From: Paraphysomonas bandaiensis
Taxonomy: Eukaryota > Protista > Chrysophyceae
Direction: 5' to 3'
Length of the DNA: 64,000 nucleotides
Assembly: GCA_965644295.1 (NCBI GenBank)
Contig: CBFFRP010000263.1
Span: forward strand, 523,531 to 587,530
This document shows, piece by piece, positions 60,253 to 64,000 of the stretch (position 1 is its first letter; each line of letters starts with the position of its first letter). A model generated the notes under the pieces. It saw nothing but the letters and a program-made list of their open reading frames with translations, was not told where the DNA came from and did not search any database. The translations under genes were made by a program, and so were the position numbers.

Positions 60253-63200
60253 CTAACTATTCGCAGACTGTGATCTGTGACCAAGTTGTTTCCTATGTTT
60301 AAAATCTAAGGTTTGTTGTGCCAAAGTGGAAGACGCGCTCCCACGGCGCCTTGACACACTATTCTTCTCTGGGGTGTCCAAGTCTATTTTGAGAAAGTAC
60401 TGCGACGAGTGCGGTCTCTTATCCATCGAGCAATTCGACCCACTGCGACGTAAGATGTCACTGTACGTTTCAGAACGTCTGCGCCCCCTGTACACACTGG
60501 CAAATCTGTTCACATTTTCTAGTCCCACACTTGGCCGACGCTGTGGATGCTGTTGAGAACTCTTTTCTTCCTGTGAAAGACACTCCACCGTAGATATAGA
60601 CTGTCGCTGGGACAGCCTGTCTGACCTTGGGGAAATAGGATTGTCTCCATTTTTGCGTTCCTGTATAGGGTTCTCGTGGCTGAAAGAATTCCTATGTATA
60701 CCCTTTCTCGCTATCGAGAAATAATTCGGTTTCTCTGTCCTATCTTTACAGCTGTATAACTTGTCCATGTCAACGACCTGATCTTCTGCTAAGTTCTTGT
60801 CGTTGCCGACAAAGATATTAGTACCACCTCCAATAACCCCTTGCGACTTAATAGAATCACCGTCCTCTTTCGTTGCAGATGGATGGTCGCAGGGGGCTTC
60901 AGGCGGTAACTGCTCAAGTTTCTGATTCGTCGAAATATTGTTATCGTCGGCATCTAAATTCCTTGGGGCCTTGGCGGAAATACTGATGTCATCACAAGGA
61001 GGTTGTGCACTCGTTGTGCGGGACACTTCTTCCTCCAACCCTAAAACATCCATCATACTTGTCTCTGTACGAGATAGACAACCGGCAGACTGAAGTGCAG
61101 CAATAGAACTCTGTGCTCGAAGCAAATTACGGCGATTGAACGACACCACCTCCATTTCCCCATTAGGATTTTGAATGATATGATTCTTTAAAAATCTGGA
61201 AGTATTCAAATCAATGGTGGAAACAACTGTTGGAAGAGAATCTATAAAAGTAGGCTCCAGCTTGCAGAGAATACAGAGAATGCTATCGTAAAATAAATCT
61301 CGTTCTTCAGATACCATAAACTTCAGAGCCTACAAAAAAATATCACATAAACACACACACTACCACAAGGTACCAGTGTTTCTCCAGTCTTCAACCTCAT
61401 TGCTACAATGGTCGATGCGACCTGAACAACGTATCCCAGGGCAGCAAGGCCCTCTTCATTCTGTCAAACAGCTTGTAAACTCACTACCATACAGATCGTA
61501 GATAATCACCTTGGTTATTCTATCAACAGTGCAAAGCGAAAACGAATAATCTTCTATTGCAGTGCTAAAGGAATAGTAAAACAACATAAAAGGATGTTGT
61601 AATACTACATTACCCGATAGTGATGCACATAATTTTTTTCTATCTGTATCCACCCGTACAATCGCTTCAGAGCTGTCTTCTACATTTAATAACTGAACAA
61701 TACAATGGTCATAAGCAAGTAAAGAAAACTTCGTGATGCACATACCCTATCAACGGTCCAGCCAACGCGTAGTCGCCGAATAGGGTGAGCTAAGTACTCT
61801 TCTCTTTGTGCGAGTGAGACGCTTTCGCCAAAATCTATTCGAATATCCCGATTGGTGATAGATGCGGTGGAAATGGTATGACAACTGCTGATACTACTTC
61901 GCCTGTTGACGGCGCAAAGAAGATCATGACCACAAAATGCAGGGGATGAATTCATTTTTAGCCATAAATAGTCTACATCTGACGCCGGCTTGAAGTCGCT
62001 CTCATTAACTTTTCTAGATACCAGTTCCTTCGTCTCACACGTACTACGCAGAATATCTTGCAACGCCTTGCGTAAGGTAACTTCACTTAAGAGCTTTTTG
62101 ATCAATGCATAATTATCTCGCTGCAACTGAATAAATAAGGTTCTAGGCACCACATCTTTCCGTTGAATGGTGTCTTCTGTATTGCTTGTAGAGCGTGTCT
62201 CATTGAACTCCAGTCTCTTTACCTTGGAAAGGGCTACATCCCGTTCTAGTGTTACTGCCACAAGCTGCTCAGATAAAGAAGTATAGTCCAGTTTCAACTG
62301 ACTCAGCTCTGATTCTACTACACGCAGTTTAAGTTCTGCCATTGAAGCATCGCTAGCAGCGCGTTCAACACTTTGGCCAAGGCGTTTTATCTCCTCCTGC
62401 GACGCCAGAAGCTTATCATTCAAACTCGATATTTCGGACTCCGCTTTGTCGAAAGAAACGGCCGCATCACTCAAAAATTTATTTTGCTCATCGATAATTT
62501 CCTCCTGATCTCGACAGTTTTCAAGGGCTGTTACAAGCCTTTTATCAAGATACTCTTTGTCAGCAGTCATCTCTTCTATGTTTCTCAACGAAATGGCATT
62601 TTTGTTTCTGAGGTCCTCGACCAGCTGCTCCAGTTCCAGCACCCGCTCCTCGTGCGTAGCAGCTAAAGACAGATCCACCCGCAGTTGATCACACTCCGCC
62701 GTCAATGTGGCAACTGACTGGGAAAGTGTGCTGAGCGTTTTTATGAATCCCTCCTTATCATTCGCAGACGGTTGGGTGAAGCTATCACTCCCTGGTACAA
62801 GCGCAGCATATGGTTCAGTGGAGTCGGTGAGCATTCGGGCTCTTACTACGGCCGCATCTCGCTCAAGCTCAAGCGATTTGATATAGTCACCTTTCTCTCT
62901 CAGGGCACTCTGGTGTCTACTGACAGCTTCCACGAATTCTTTTTTCAACTCAGCTAAGCCAACATTTTTATTCTCGTTGGCCTCACTCAGCTGTTTAATC
63001 CTTAAGTTGGCCTCACTTCTCTCATTCTCCATCGCTTTCAGTTGTCCTTCCTTGCACTTCAACTCCATTTTCAACGTGGAAACTACCATGTCATTTTCTG
63101 GTTTGGATTGCATCGCTACAACTTCCACACTGTCAGGAGGTTTAGATAGTTTTTCGATTTTTCTGTTTGCATTATGTAACTCCGTTTCGAGCGCTTGTAT

Positions 63201-64000
63201 TCGAGAATCCCTCTCTCTAACGGTGATGGATAGGCCTGCTACAGTGGCTTCAGAGACTCCCAAAGCGTTTTTTGTAGCCTCGCATGAATCACATACTCGT
63301 TGCATCGCAGTAGCTCTCTCGTCTTCCAAGGCTTTTATGCGAGCATCCTTTTCTGTAAGCACAGATATGTGGTTCCTCATCACATCGCTGTTCGCTTTCT
63401 GCAATCTCTCCAGCTCCCCACAGAGCACACCCGAGGACTCTTCAAGGGCAATCATTTCAAGTCTCATGGTATCCACTTCGTCCTTTAGGTGCAGAATCAG
63501 ATTTTCCTTTTCATCGAAGGATTTAGTACCATCTGCGAGTTCCTCTTTGCACACTTTCAGCTCAGCTGCAGCCGCCTCATAAGACTTCGACAGTTCCTTT
63601 AGTTTATCGTCATCAGATACCTTCATTGATTCAAGAGAGGCAATGTGGCGATCCTTCTCAGCGACGGTGCTGGAGTGCCTAGAGACTTCATCCTGAAACT
63701 TTATTTTCAAAGCCTCTAATTCTTGTACAATTTCTCTAGGTTGTATGGCCTGTAGCCTCTGTTGCATCTCCTCCTTCTCCGCAACAAGGTTAGAAATGTT
63801 TTTTTCTCTGTCCCGTATTACATCAGCCTGAAGCTGGATTATCTCCGCCTGCTCTTTGACCTCAGCTATAAGTTCAATCCTTTCCTTACCTTCGTTGGTG
63901 CCCATTTGAGATGATAAGGACACCACAAGAGCAGCTCTTTCGCCTTGGAGGTAGTCCACCTGCTTCTGAAGCTCCCTGACAACTTCTCTGTGTGTGTCAT
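60253..64000 (-). CDS. Large coiled-coil protein, 5'-partial and multi-exon, with a low-complexity C-terminus
   Basis: Long E/K/L-rich heptad ORF from 61686 to beyond the window end, then further same-strand ORFs (61456-61743, 60253-61317) probably joined by short introns. The exon structure is not resolved. Confidence 0.6.

Noticed and set aside
61330-62100. Kinesin-14 motor after the coiled coil
   Set aside because: EVTLRKALQDIL is only vaguely neck-like; no P-loop, SSRSH or DLAGSE motifs were found.

Overview
Eukaryotic genomic DNA with short GT-AG introns and a flagellar DRC4/GAS8 gene. It is most likely a flagellated protist such as a stramenopile; this is inference. Host genes: a 3'-partial secreted Ser-rich protein of 35+ tandem 64/66-aa repeats (minus strand, missed by the ORF track), Oxa1/YidC, a 2594-aa DEK1-like multi-pass calpain whose catalytic Cys and His are replaced, a TPR-RCC1-filamin protein, a sterol desaturase-family enzyme, MCT-1, cytosolic TrpRS, GAS8, an MFS transporter, a KIX-like protein, an ArfGAP-FYVE protein, RUVBL2 and a 5'-partial coiled-coil protein. 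Mobile DNA is abundant: one intact recent Ty1/copia with TA...CA LTRs inside a decayed piggyBac-like transposase, a second internally deleted copia, and a decayed Crypton-like tyrosine recombinase. The most notable system is a non-LTR retroposon family. It comprises an RNase H/CCHC LINE fragment and at least three different bodies that share one structured, covarying 3' RNA tail. One body is a complete ~510-bp TSD-flanked SINE-like element whose first 89 nt resemble the HDV-like ribozyme head (Pr77) of trypanosomatid ingi/L1Tc elements. All homology calls come from motif recognition by eye; no searches were run.
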